Assembly: GCA_964016885.1 (NCBI GenBank)
Contig: OZ024745.1
Location: forward strand, 21,204,001 to 21,268,000
Length of the DNA: 64,000 nucleotides
Direction of reading: 5' to 3'
DNA from: Eledone cirrhosa
Taxonomy: Eukaryota
Within the stretch, counting starts at the first letter, position 1. Each line of letters opens with the position of its first letter. Of this stretch, positions 43,147-57,876 are shown in pieces. The notes under the pieces were generated by a model that had not been told where the DNA came from, did not search any database, and worked only from the letters and a program-made list of their open reading frames with translations. The translations under genes were made by a program, and so were the position numbers.

Positions 43147-43254
<108 letters not shown>

Positions 43255-43432
43255 GGAAAAACAAGTAAAAATATAACAATGATGAAAGGCAGTTTACACA
43301 CGTTAACATACACACATTGCCTACATTCATATATTCATATAAACATACACACACTCATATATATATATATATATACAAATACACACACACGCACACACAT
43401 ATATATATAGATATATACATCTATATATATAC

Positions 43433-43470
<38 letters not shown>

Positions 43471-43528
43471 CCATACATATGCACATATGTATAAATATAT
43501 ACATCTATATATCTATATATAAACATAT

Positions 43529-43585
<57 letters not shown>

Positions 43586-43745
43586 TATAATGTGTGTGTT
43601 TTATATATATATGTATATGCATAGGTATATATATATGTATGTAAATGCCCATATATGTATATATATATACATATATATATGTGTGTGTGTATGTGTGTGT
43701 GTGTGAGTGTATGTATATGTGAGTGTAGATATATATAAATATGCG

Positions 43746-43776
<31 letters not shown>

Positions 43777-44413
43777 GTATACACACACACACATTAGCAA
43801 CCATAAATAATATAATGTCAACTGTTAGTGTTTTTTATTTTTTCCTCACTAGCTATAACCGACATACACACTACTGTATTTCTTTCTTTATTTCCTTCTT
43901 CCTTCCTTTCATTTCTTTCTTTTTTTTTTCAGGTGTGAACGATATTCTCGTGGTTTATTAGGAGCTTTCTTCTCCTCTTTTATTTTTCTATTTTTATTTC
44001 TTGTTGCCTTATCAGGTTTTGTTTTTTTTTTTAGATATTTTTCCTTTTTCAATTTTTATTTTTGTCCTTTTCTCTCTTTCTTTCTCTCTTTCTTTCTTTA
44101 TTTCTTTCTTTCTTTCTTTCTTTACTTATTTCTACACTCCATTGTTAGAACTGTGACACGGACATAAGTTTTCACATTTCAGTTGTAGGTTTTCGACAGC
44201 AACAACAGATGAATTATAGGCACCTCACCACTAACTACATACCCATAGCGATATGCTTCTATATATATATATATATATAGTTATAAATATGCCCTCCTTA
44301 CTTACCACTTCTCTTTCTGCCTGCGTCTCTCTCTCTCTCTCTCTCCCTCTCTCTCTCTCCCTCCCTCTCTCTCCCTCTCACTCTCCTTCTCTCTCTCCTC
44401 CTCCCTCTCTTTC

Positions 44414-44450
<37 letters not shown>

Positions 44451-44607
44451 GTGTCGAATCCCGACGGCTGAGCTCTTGCCGTTTCGACAGCAAATTCATG
44501 TCTGTGACTCGACTGTCTAATATATTTGCAATGTACTACACCAAGTATCGAGTACTCTGCTGAATAATCGTCTAACTGGTTTAAAATTCATAAAATCCTG
44601 ATCTCTT

Positions 44608-44677
<70 letters not shown>

Positions 44678-44699
44678 TCTCTCTCTCTCTCTCTCTCTC

Positions 44700-44762
<63 letters not shown>

Positions 44763-45261
44763 AAACATATACAGCCGATGCATTTGACATACCTCACCAC
44801 TACATAGCCAGAGTTATATACTTCTACGTTTCCAGCCACCTTTCCCTGTCTCTCTGTCTTCTGTCTCTCTGTCTTTTGTCTCTCTGTCTTCTGTCTGTCT
44901 CCCTATACGCACGTGTATATAAGTAACCACATATATACATATATGTCTCTGTGTATGTGTGCATGAATGTATGTATAGGAATTATCAATGTTAGAAGTAA
45001 CACGTTATTACTAACAGTTTGATGACTGAGTTCAAAAAGAAAAGAATGTCAAATCAGCGACATTCTGTGAAAGGAACATCAAATCATATTCAAGAAGTAG
45101 GAATGTTTTCCTGATATACGCTGCTATAATATTTCCCAAGTTTGCGGTTCAAGCGTGACTCACTTTTAAACAGATCCAGTTGAATAATTTTCCGTGGCGA
45201 AGTTATTGGGAACATGGTTATCTTCTAAGCTTAGAAAATGTGAACCAATATTTAACTTAAC

Positions 45262-45450
45262 TGTTTCTACATTTGGCACAAGGCCAGCACTTACCCAGTG
45301 TATTACTGGTACTTTATTTTATCGACCCCGAAAGGATGAAAGGCAAAGTTAACCTCGGCGGGATTTGAACTCAGAATGGCAAGGACCGTAACTCTATGCG
45401 TCAAAGCATGGCGTCCAACCCTCTACCGATACTGCCAATCCTCCGCCCTT
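45262..45450 (-). mobile_element. Full-length Nin-domain-like SINE with TSD
   Basis: TSD aaccaatatttaacttaac on both sides. Confidence 0.9.
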
Positions 45451-45594
45451 TAACCAATATTTAACTTAACGTTTAACTAAAAGGAGGCTGTAAACCAGAC
45501 AATCCTACTGGGTTTCTTTTTCATATAAAAAGGAAGAGGGTATGGTGTAGGCATTTTTGTGTCCACTAGTCACCAAACCAGTATTGTAATACAT

Positions 45595-45748
45595 GGCCAA
45601 ATATTTTTTCGTTATCTAATAAGATTTTCCTAAATGTATCTAGTGTATAACCATGTACATGTTGAGAAACAGCCGGGCCATCGTCGCGATATAATCCCAT
45701 ATCTGATGAAGCAAATGTCTTATTTAGTGTGTGTAGTAGAAATTGTTT
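45595..45748 (-). pseudogene. PLE reverse transcriptase fragment
   Basis: FLLHTLNKTFASSDMGLYRDDGPAV...TLDTFRK; GLYRDDG is a PLE-type catalytic motif. Confidence 0.65.
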
Positions 45749-45765
45749 GAAGCTTTCTAAACCTC

Positions 45766-45880
45766 GAGTTCAAATCCCGCCAAGGTTAACTTTGCCTTTC
45801 ATCCTTACGGGGTCGATAAAATAAAGTACCAGTAATGCACTGGGTAATTGCTGGCCTTGTGCCAAAAGTAGAAACAATTA
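45766..45880 (+). mobile_element. Nin-domain-like SINE, 5'-truncated
   Basis: Family core and tail. Confidence 0.85.
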
Positions 45881-46674
45881 TGAGTTAATTCAGTTCTAAA
45901 ACATTTTATTCTCTTGAGAGATTTATTAATAGAGATTAATCAATGGATGATGGCATCGCCTCCTCATCACTGGCAACCCCTCCACCAAACACCAGGGTGT
46001 TATCACGTCTCCTTTTCACGTTCACAAAATCTCCAATGGAAGACTTTTGGATTTTACTTTCTTCGCTAGCATCTCAACGTCTGTGACTGTGAAGAACATA
46101 ACATAGGGTGTTGTTGGTGATAGATAATATTCCAGGTTACCTAGAATATCGGCACTCCCTGACCTCCATTTCTATCGAAGTAGTTTTCTTCACATCACTT
46201 CTGTATCCCAGCCCATATTTCAATATGTATTTTTTAAAACCTGTTAGAAAGACATATTTTCTCACACCAAATATACAATGGTTTTGTCACGAAATACATG
46301 GCACATCCGACATTATTCTCGCCTAATCAGAAAGCAATGTTTTATTTCGAAGCTGTAATAAACACCGTTCTGTTTTTGTATTGGGGTTATAAGGTTTTCC
46401 CTGCATTATACATTGTTCTCAGGCAATTGAGTTATGATTTGGGAATGGACTGAGACCACCAGTGATCACGTACACGAGAAGCGACAGCAAACACATCAAA
46501 CCTAAGGTTTACTTCTTCCTCGCTCTTTAAAATAAATAGCCAAGATAAACAATCTATCAGGAACATTTGGTAAAACTAGAATATCATGAAATTTCATAGA
46601 TACTATGGAAGTAAGCGAGGCATGGAAGAAGGTCTGATTAGTGGCATTTAATGGCATATGAGAATTTCACAAAT

Positions 46675-46850
46675 TAATTGTTTCTACTTTTGGCACAAGG
46701 CCAGCAATTATCCCAGTGTATTACTGGTACTTTATTTTATCAACCCCATAAGGATGAAAGGCAAAGTTAACCTCGGTGGGATTTGAACTCAGACAATAAA
46801 GGACCGTAACCCTTTGCTGCAAAGCATGGCGTCGGACCTTCTACCGATGA
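46675..46850 (-). mobile_element. Nin-domain-like SINE
   Basis: Family core and tRNA-like head. Confidence 0.85.
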
Positions 46851-47439
46851 CACCAGTAATTGTCAATAATATTATTGAGGTAACCAATGAATGGAAAATG
46901 CAAAATGTCAACGAAGTTTTGGAGGAGTTAAAAGAGTATCTTAGTAAAATCTAATGTTGAAGAGCTCAGCATAGCATTGTAAAGAAACTTGTGTAAAACC
47001 AGTGTTACCAGAAGTAATTCTTACTATTGAATTACACAGAAAGTACATCACCAAGATGAAACATATCAAGGACCTATTTACCGAGAAGTACACTGGCAAC
47101 ATGAGAAGCAGAATGACAAAAAGAACTTCATTTAAAGACATAAAATCAGTGCTAGACTTACCTATAAGCTAAATAAGCTTTAGTTTAGGGCCACACACAC
47201 TACGGGCCTCATGTTTTAAAATATGTATATTTTTCTATGCGGCAAATGAAGTAAATCAATTTATTCATTATAAGAAATATTTCGTAACTAATTTAATTTT
47301 TCAAGCATTGATAAATCGTAGTCATGTATGAGTTATTTTAAAATGTTTTACCCGAAATGTTTTAGAAGAGGGCTTCAACTTTCATATGGTTTAGAGCCTC
47401 AGCAGGTGAAAGTCACGCCCTACACCACTTACATATTTT

Positions 47440-47762
47440 GTTCATTTGTTGACGAGTGGTATTTCCATAAGCTTGTACTAAAGAATTAAATGTTTCGGTT
47501 GCAGATTTGTTGAGTTTCACACAAAATTTGATCGCGACCCGTTGTTTGATATTTTCCTGCATTGCAAACATAACAGAGGTTATGAACATATCTCTACATA
47601 AACACTAATAACTCGGCACTGACTCAATCGATCAAGTTAAAAAAGAATATGTTCGTGCAGCCAACTTCATAACCAACATGCCTATATACATCAAAGAGGT
47701 TCTGCGTTACCCTGTCGTACACAGAAAAATCAGTACCTTTACTTTAGGGACAAAACACATAT
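47440..47762 (-). mobile_element. Mariner transposon 5' remnant
   Basis: From 47562: MQENIKQRVAIKFCVKLNKSATETFNSLVQAYG (mariner N-terminal HTH); TIR-like end near 47730-47762. Confidence 0.8.
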
Positions 47763-47789
47763 GCATATTACATATATATATAATATTGT

Positions 47790-48115
47790 TATTTATATAA
47801 CTATGGCAAAGCCGGCCATTAATCGCTCGTATACATAAAACAGACGGGCTTATCTGCTAATATGCAGATATGGCTGATCAGGCACTCTGCTAATATGCAA
47901 ATCAGGCTGATCAGTCACTGTATATTCCAGTAAATATATATTTTCACTAGCTCTGACAGTTGGCAGGTAAACAGTATACGGTACTGATGAAGGGTAATCA
48001 CCGAGAAACATTAGTGTCTGCCGATCTGTTTATATGCCAACACAAGAATGACGAGGTTGTTCTACTCACATGACTTAAGAGACTGTTTGCATAATGGCAG
48101 ACGAATCGAATATTA
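47790..48115 (+). mobile_element. Solo unit of retrozyme-like subfamily 2
   Basis: Reverse-complement homolog of the 24792-25200 unit, with octamer and HHR. Confidence 0.8.
47979..48023 (+). ncRNA. Type I hammerhead ribozyme
   Basis: cggta CTGATGA ag-ggt-aatc-acc-ga GAAA ca-ttag-tg TC tgccg. Confidence 0.85.
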
Positions 48116-48799
48116 TTAGTGTGTGTGTGTGGGGGGGGGGGTATGTGTGCATGACGGTCGTGTCTAGTGGGTAACATATAGCGAAATAACACATATGACA
48201 TATGTGTATGTGTGGAATAGTTTAGCAGAATAGGAATGGGGCTGGAATAATACGGATTGATAATAGTGAACGGTAAGGAAGAAATGGAGGATAATTAAGG
48301 GATTAAGACATTTATTGGGAATAGTTAACATTATATAGGAAAGAGGAGTGGTGGTGGTGGTGGTAGTGGTAGTGGTGGTGGTGGTGGTGGTAATGGTGGT
48401 GGTGGTGGTGGTGGTGGTGGTGGTGGTGGTGGTGGTAGTGGTGGTGGTAGAGGTGGTGGTGGTGGTGGTGGTGGTGGTGGTGGTGGTGGTGGTGGTGGTG
48501 GTGGTGGTGGTAGTGGTGGTGGTGGTGGTGGTGGTGGTGGTAGTGGTGGTGGTGGTGGTGGTGGTTGGTTGGTTGGCTGCGAAATTATTGGTGATGAAAA
48601 AAGAGATATTGAAGTGGTGGAGAGAAAGAGAGTGAGAGAGATGGGGTCTGAGTTGTAACACTATCATTACACGAAATGAGCGTGTGTGTGTGTGTGTGTG
48701 TGTGCTTGTGTGTGTGTGTGTATGTGTGTGCGTGAGTGCGTGTGCGTGTGCGTGTGTGTGTGTGCTTGTACCTGTATGTGTTTTTGCAAGCACGCTTAG

Positions 48800-48833
<34 letters not shown>

Positions 48834-48872
48834 ATGTATATATATATGTGTATATATATATATATATATATT

Positions 48873-48927
<55 letters not shown>

Positions 48928-48932
48928 CTATA

Positions 48933-48973
<41 letters not shown>

Positions 48974-49100
48974 ATGTATATATATATATATATATATAAC
49001 GATATTAACAAATGGAAACTATATTTATAAAACCATATTTATTTCATTATACATATTTCAAGAAAACAAATTATACAATTTTTTAATTACCTTAATCTAA

Positions 49101-50179
49101 AAGTAGAAATAGAGAATAACCATAAAATAGTCAATTTTCTAGATGTAACACTAAATCTTAACATATGTCTTCATTATCCATTTCACAAACTAAATGAGAA
49201 CTTAAAGTATGTCAATTTTAACTCTAATCACCCCAGCTCCGTTAAAAATACTATAGTGAACTCTGTACAAGAACGAATTTCGAGAATTTCAGCTAATCAG
49301 AATATATTTGATGAAAAAGTACATTATTACAACGAAGCGTTAGGTAGAGCTGGGTATAGAAATAAAATTAAATACATCGATAATAATAATAATATAACAA
49401 CTAACCATAATCGTAACAATTTTAATTATGGTAACAGTTTTAACAACTATAATAGAAAACCTTACATTAATTCCGAAAGCCGAAAAAGAAATAGAACTAG
49501 GAACATATTATGGTTCGCTCCTCCTTTCTCATTAAATATTAAAACACCTATTGCTAAACTATTTTTTAAAGCTCTTGACAAATGCTTCCCTAGAACACAT
49601 AGATATTACTCAATTTTTAATAGACATACTATAAAATTAACTTATTCTTCCACAAAAAATTTAGCGCAAAATATTAATAGAATTAATAATAGAAATTTAA
49701 AACCTAACCAAAATACCAATAATAACCCAAGCAATATTCAATCTGATAAATGTAACTGTAGAAATAAATCTAACTGTCCGTTAAATAACAATTGCTTAGC
49801 TAAAAATATAGTATATAATTGTAATGTAAAAACCAATTTAAATTCATTTAATTATGTGGGATCTACCTCCACAGAGTTTAAATCCCGCTTCAATAATCAT
49901 AAAAATTCTTTTACAGATCCAAACGAAAAATTTTCAACCTCTCTATCTAGCCTATTATGGGACCTAAAACTAGAGAACGTTGAATATTCGTTGATTTGGA
50001 ATATTATTTCAAAAGCTACTCCTTTTAACTCCTCTTCAGAAAATTGCGATCTTTGTATAGAGGAAATATTCTTTATATTAAAGACCAAAAATTCCCTGAA
50101 CTTAAGGAATAATTTATTCAGTTGCTGCAGTCATAGATTAAACTCGACGTTTAAATATACATATAAATTTAAAATGTAG
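49101..50179 (+). pseudogene. PLE ORF C-terminal part: RT thumb, CxCx5Cx5C linker, GIY-YIG endonuclease
   Basis: VNFLDVTLNLN...YVNFNSNHP...ERISRIS...ILWFAPPFS...CNCRNKSNCPLNNNCLAKNIVYNC...YVGSTSTEFKSRFNNH...LWDLK...CDLCIEE...CCSHR. Frame open from ~49101 to the stop; 5' part missing. Confidence 0.9.
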
Positions 50180-50410
50180 TATATAATTAATTAATTAATT
50201 TTATTAATATATGAAACCTGTCGATAAATCATTAGATTCCTTCATCTTTTTTGACTGATTAAACACTTTTCTTCCTAAATATAAATAAATATAAATATAA
50301 TAAACTATTCTAGAAAGGAGCTCTTGAAAGGAGAAAATATTTCCTATTTCTTATTTTTATTTTTTTGTTTTTTATTTTTGTTTTTTTATTTTTGTATTTT
50401 GTATTTTTTT

Positions 50411-50465
<55 letters not shown>

Positions 50466-51697
50466 TTTTTTTTTTAATTTATTTTATTTATTTATTTTTT
50501 TTTTTTTTATTATTGTTCTGATAGCTTCTATTTTCGAAAGTTTATCCTTTCAATATTTTGAGTTAAATATACGTAAGATAAATTTCTATACTAAATCTAT
50601 TAAACGCTATTATTTTGAAATTATAACTTAAAATATTCTATAATATTTTAAAATTGTATTGCTTTTAAAGTTATATTGCTATAATTATATTTCCAAATTG
50701 TAATATAATCCTTTTGTATTTTATGTACTCAATTATACTATGTACTGTATTGATGTATACTTCTCTCTATATGTGAGTATATATGTATATGTGTATATTG
50801 ACATACATGTACATATGTTCTATGCGTTTTTATGAATATATGTCTGTCTGTATGTATGTGTATGCGTGATGCGTATCTAAGGGTACACACACATGTATAT
50901 ATATGTATATGTGAGAATTATATTTGTGCATGCGCGTGTATATCCATACAATTTGATTGCACGTATGTATAGTGTTTATCCCAATGATTCCTGACAGATA
51001 AACATATTATTAACAGCCATAAATACATAACAGGTAGTCTTATTTAATAACATAAAGTGTGTATAACATTAAATTAAAGAATCCTTTATGCTTTGTGTAT
51101 ATATATTATATACGTAGTTAGATATGGTATGTATTTTATAAGTGTGTATATATATTTATATGTATTTTTGCGTGTGTGTACGTGTTATATGATATGTAGT
51201 TCTCTAGCAATATATGGACTTCTTAATGTATAGATCCCAATTTTTAATATATTGATCTCAATTTTTAAATGATTAACTGATCATATTTAAACAATGATTA
51301 ATTTCTCATATTATATATGTATATTCCATTCATGATTATTAACATTTCTAATTTTATTTATTCATTTCATCTCAATTGTTAAGTTAACTCAACAAGATAT
51401 GACTTAGAGTTTTCGTCCTCTCCCCTTCTCTCTATCTCCTCTCTCTATCTATATCTTTCTCTCTCTGTTGTTTTGGTATCTCTCTCTCTTTTCTCTCTTT
51501 TTTTCTTTCTTTCTCTCTTTTTTCTCTCTCTCCTTCTTTTTCTTTCTCTATAAACCAACGGCTTATTTTAAAAATAAAAATATCCAATACTAATAATAAT
51601 ATAAGTAAACAACTCCACTATCCGGGAGCTTCCAACAGTAATAGTTGCATTTTTTAAGGGTATGTCAATATTTATTTATAAAACTGATCTATATTAT

Positions 51698-51760
51698 ATT
51701 TTGTCTGATGAAAGCACACCATAATTTAACTTGGTGTCCTTGAAATATGTATAATGAAAT
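51698..51760 (+). ncRNA. Type I hammerhead ribozyme in PLE pLTR
   Basis: attttgt CTGATGA aag-cacacca...tggtgtc-ctt GAAA T ATGT A TA atgaaat, overlapping AATAAA. Confidence 0.8.
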
Positions 51761-51885
51761 AAATATGGTTTTATAAATATAGTTTCCATTTGTTAATATC
51801 GTATGTTTACTCCAAATACTTGTTGAGTGCTTTATATCAGTTATAAAAATATTTGCTTGTTGTATCCCAACAATTTAAATAGAAC

Positions 51886-52070
<185 letters not shown>

Positions 52071-52748
52071 CGTATTTGCTGCGGTGATGTGATGTGGTTT
52101 ATTATTTTGGTATCACCTCTGTTTTTAGCCTAAGAAAATATCTATATGCGTGTGTAATTAATACAAGCATACATTTATTTTTTTAATTTCAATTGAGTTC
52201 TTAACACGTTGGATTGATAATGTTTTTGAAAAAACTAATTAACCCGAGTGTATATTATTTTTTTTCTTTTCTCGTGTATCGTGGTTGTCTCCCCTTCCCG
52301 CTTCGTGACGCTATTAAACTTCCTCAGTCAAAAAACTGCTGGAATTTCAAATTTGGCGGTCACTCGATGCGTGAGGGAGCAGCTTAGCAGACACGATTTT
52401 TAACTGCGGTAAGAATTTTTTCTTATATCAAAGTTTAATGGGCTTCCACTGAAGATTTATATATGCCCACCTAAATATATTCTTACATGAATATATGTTA
52501 GGCTTCTACATAAACAGGAAACATTCTCCCAATTTGTAGAAAACTTATAATGAAACAATTGTTTGGAAAGAGAGATATACTTTAACTTTAATTATATCTC
52601 ATAAAATAATACAACTGGCTTTCCACAAAATACATATAGTTAGCACCCCAAACACATAAATTGGGTTATACTAACATATAACCTAATGTTTGTTCAGTGA
52701 GATGGTTACCAGTCGGAGTTTAGCGTTAAGCTATCTCTGTTATTGTAT

Positions 52749-52789
<41 letters not shown>

Positions 52790-52915
52790 ATGTATATATA
52801 TGTATATATATACACGGCTGACGACCCTGCAGTTCTAGGTCTTATGTTTGAATTTTTCTTTTCAAAAAATATGTTTTTAAGGTTTCTCCTTAAAAGATTG
52901 TTTATCGTTTTGCCT

Positions 52916-53055
<140 letters not shown>

Positions 53056-53099
53056 ATATATATATATGTGTGCATACAAATGGATCTATTAGTTATTAG

Positions 53100-53285
53100 A
53101 AGAGTGGTGGTTTGGCAGTATCGGTAGAGCGTCAGACACCATACTTTGCAGCATAGAGTTGTGGCCCTTTATGGTCTGAGTTCAAATCCGCCGAGGTTAA
53201 CTTTGCCTTTCATCCTTACGGGGTCGATAAAATAAAGTACCAGTGGTGGAATCTCTGGCGTTGTGCCACAAGTAGAAACTCTATT
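53100..53285 (+). mobile_element. Nin-domain-like SINE with TSD
   Basis: TSD ctattagttattagaag. Confidence 0.85.
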
Positions 53286-54033
53286 AGTTATTAGAAGGCA
53301 CCAAGGTTTTAAGCAGATAAAGTAATTACCTTCTTGTGTATGTCTTCTAGTTTTAGTCAGAGAATCAGTTAAAAAACTCTATATGAATGATATATAAGAC
53401 ATATGCAGCTTGACAACATCACGCCTTCTCATTTGGTGACTGATGCAGTCCGGCTCGGTATGCCAAGTTTAGGATAGGTGGGTGGGCCATGTTTGGTTTG
53501 CCGAATTTGGAGGGTGAAAGCGGTTTGGTTTTGCAGGAGTCATGAGTACAGGTTGGCGTTCGGTTGCTGAGGTGTTTGCTGAGAGTTTGTGGACTGATTG
53601 GAACAATAATAGTTGTTCTTATTTACATATATATATATTCGATGATGTGGGTTTAGGGTTTCAAGTTGAATGTGGGGTCTGATGACAGACAAGAAACTGC
53701 TCTAAAGTATGTGACTATTTATTTATAAACAGGGCCCTTCTGTTCTTGCTGTGAGATGTAGAATTTGGATTCTTATAGAATACCAATTATGTTTATGAGT
53801 TGTTTAAACTCATTAAAATACAGAGCGGTTGCCGGCCCAACAACAATTAGAAATTTGTGTTGGAGCTCTGAAATAACGATGTATATATGAAGTGTATTTA
53901 ATAATATATTGTATGTTTAATTTAAAACATTTTGAAGGCCTTTCACTATGAATTTAAGGTAATGTTTTTGCTGAAGCTAGGTATGTGACTATAATCACTA
54001 CCTTAAAACACAAATATATATATATATACACAT

Positions 54034-54094
<61 letters not shown>

Positions 54095-54193
54095 TATTGA
54101 AGTTTCCGTTGAAAATTGAAAAAGTCATAGGAGTGAAGAGTGCTCTATGTAAGTACCAGAGCAAAATTTAATGTATAATAAACAATACAATAT

Positions 54194-54271
54194 AATTACC
54201 TCATTACCAGAGGTTTCCCGAATAAGACGAATACGAAAAACTTCCTCATTCGTTCGTCGGACCAGGCAATT
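54194..54271 (-). ncRNA. Hammerhead variant (U4C) with long stem II
   Basis: aattgcctggt CCGACGA a-cgaatgagg...tcttattcg-g GAAA cc-tct-gg TA atgaggtaatt. Confidence 0.6.
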
Positions 54272-54316
54272 TAAAACATAGTGAAATATTTGAAAAGTCT
54301 CCTCAAGAAATGCAAG

Positions 54317-54400
<84 letters not shown>

Positions 54401-55411
54401 AGTGTACATTATTTTTTATTCTTCCGAGATTGACAGGAGAGGGTGCAAGACAAACGTTAAACCTTAAACAAGACCAGAAATAAATCTTGCTGGACGGCCC
54501 CCAGTTTACCCAGTGGTTGTGTTAAACTAGACGAAGGATTAAATATTTAACTCAAGTAGGCTATAATATGATTCGAAATCAGAAATCCGGAACTAACGAC
54601 ACTTTAAAATTTCTGGTAATTCCCCAACGTCTTTTCTAAGAGCCCCACCTAGTCGATTTACTAGCTTCTCTTTGATCTCAAACTAATGTACTAAATCTAC
54701 TATTATTTCCAATCTGGTTTAGTCCGGTACACTCCATATCTTACCAATCCTTCTGACTAGCCTTTATCTATCAGTTCTTTAGCTGTGCTGCTGCACTTTA
54801 TAACTACATATACTTGTATGTGTTACAAACACACACTCACACACATAAGCATACACACAGAGACAAACACACAGATACAGACACACATATAGACACAAAC
54901 TAATAGACGCACATACACACACATAGCCCGGCACACGCAGAAACAAACACGCACAAACACACAGACCCACACAGACACACACTCTCTCTTTCTCTCACAC
55001 ACACACACACACACTCACACACATAAGCATACACACACAGATTAACACACCAATACAGACAAACATATACACACAAACAAATAGACGCACATACACTCAC
55101 ATAGCCAGGCACACACAGAAACAAACACGCACAAACACACAGACGCACACAGACACTCACTCACACACACACACACATACACACACACACACACACACTC
55201 ACACACACACACACACACTCACTCACACAGACACACTCACACGCACACACACACACACACTCACACACACACACACACTCACACATACACATCACATTCA
55301 CATCAGACATGTACACACATATTCACATAACACCGACGTGTAGTCATCACACACACACACTCTCTCTGTCTCAGGAACATAGATGCACATACACATAGAT
55401 ATATACACACC

Positions 55412-55456
<45 letters not shown>

Positions 55457-56062
55457 TCACACATATACACATATATACGAACATACACACAAAATAACTC
55501 ACACACATATATATATATATGCACACATACACACATGTACACACACATGCACACATCTGCGTGCTCAGATTCTCAGAATATTTAGATATTCATAGATAAA
55601 TAGACATACATACACACACATACACACGCTCACATATACAGACGTACATACATACACACATACACACGCGCATACCTACAGACGTACATACACACCCGCA
55701 TACATACACATTCACACTCACAGATACACACATGTACGCCTATTCATTGTCACATAAACATACACCCATACACATAAACACACACACACACACAGATGTG
55801 CGCCTATTCATTTTCACACAAACATACACAAACGCACACACATGTACGCCAATTCATACTCACAAAAAATACACACATGCATATATACACACATACACAC
55901 ACACATATACGCATACATACACATACACACATACACACATACACACATACACACACACACACAAACGCACACACATGTACGCCTATTCATACTCACAAAA
56001 ATACACACATGCACATATACACACATACACACACACATATACGCATACATACACATACACAC

Positions 56063-56093
<31 letters not shown>

Positions 56094-56244
56094 TGTACGC
56101 CTATTCATACTCACAAAAAATACACACATGCACATATACACACATACACACACAGATATACGCATACATACACATACACACATACACACATACACACATA
56201 TATACACACACACACATGTACGCCTATTCATATTCACAAAAAAT

Positions 56245-56275
<31 letters not shown>

Positions 56276-57682
56276 CACAGAGATGTGCGCCTATTCATGG
56301 CCACACAATCAGTGACATAATGAATGACGGTCTCATACAATATGGAACAATCACATTGATATATTTAGTTTCGATATAATGTCCACTTACTACCACCAAC
56401 ACCATCACCTCCACCATCGCCACCATCGCCACCATCGCCACCATCACCACCAACACCATCACCTCCACCATCACCACCATCACCACCACCCACACCATCA
56501 CCACCATCACTACCATCACCACCATCACCACCACCCACACCATCACCTCCACCATCACCACCAACACCATCACCTCCACCATCACTACCATCGCCACCAT
56601 CACCACCATCACCACCACCCACACCATCACCTCCACCATTACTACCATCGCCACCATCGCCACCATCGCCACCATCGCCACCATCACCACCAACACCATC
56701 ACCTCCACCATCACCACCATCACCACCACCCACACCATCACCACCATCACTACCATCACCACCATCACCACCACCCACACCATCACCTCCACCATCACCA
56801 CCAACACCATCACCTCCACCATCACTACCATCGCCACCATCACCACCATCACCACCACCCACACCATCACCTCCACCATTACTACCATCGCCACCATCGC
56901 CACCATCACCACCACCCACACCATCACCTCCACCATCGCCACCATCACCACCAACCACACCATCACTTCCACCATCACTACCATCGCCACCATCGCCACC
57001 ATCACCATCACCCACACCATCACCTCCACCATCACCACCATCACCTCCACCAAAACCATTGACAGTCTCACTACAATTACCACAACCACTACTACAACAA
57101 ACACTGCCAATATCTTTGACATCATCACTATGACAACCACATCCTCTATAACCACCATCACCACCATCGCCACCATCACCCTCATCACCACCGGTACCAC
57201 CATTATCACCACCATCACCACCAGTACCACCATTACCACCACCACCACCTCACCACGATCCCACCATCACCACCATCGCCCACCAGTACCACCGGTACCC
57301 CCCCACCCACCACCACCATCACCGCCATCACCACCATCACCACCACCACCACTACGACCAGTACCACCAGAACCACCAGTACCATTAGTAACAATACCAT
57401 TAACACTACAATTTTTATAACAACCACGACGGTGGCTCATATCATTATAACTACCAGTAACACCAACAATAACATTCGACCTACTAGAAATAGCAGCCAG
57501 CTTGCTCTCAAAATATATCCTTTCGCAACGGTCTTTTTATAAAAAGATACATTGAAAACAATGGTAATAGCTATAGTGTCTCTAAATAAAAGAGATAGTC
57601 AATAGAATGCTTCTGCAAGGCCGACATGAGGCTAAACAACAACACTATTACTAGTATTATTATAAGCACCACTCTATACCAC

Positions 57683-57876
57683 AAGGGTGGTAGATTGGCA
57701 GAATCGGTAGAGCGTCAGACACCATGCTTTCTAGCATAGTTACGTTCCCTTACAGTCTGAGTTCAAATACCGCCGAGGTTAACTTTGCTTTTCATCCTTA
57801 CGGGGTCGATAAAATAAAGTACCAGTAATGTACTGGGTAATCGCTGGTCTTGTGCCTAAAGTAGAAACAATTATTA
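57683..57876 (+). mobile_element. Nin-domain-like SINE with TSD
   Basis: TSD attattataagcaccact. Confidence 0.85.

Noticed and set aside
45700-45730. CTGATGA as a hammerhead core
   Set aside because: It lies antisense within the PLE RT fragment, with no convincing stem II-GAAA-stem III arrangement.
46860-47422. hAT transposon remnant
   Set aside because: Only a weak terminal resemblance and no clear transposase motif, so not supportable.
53674-53706. ggggtCTGATGAcagacaaGAAActgctc as a hammerhead
   Set aside because: Stems I and II do not pair.
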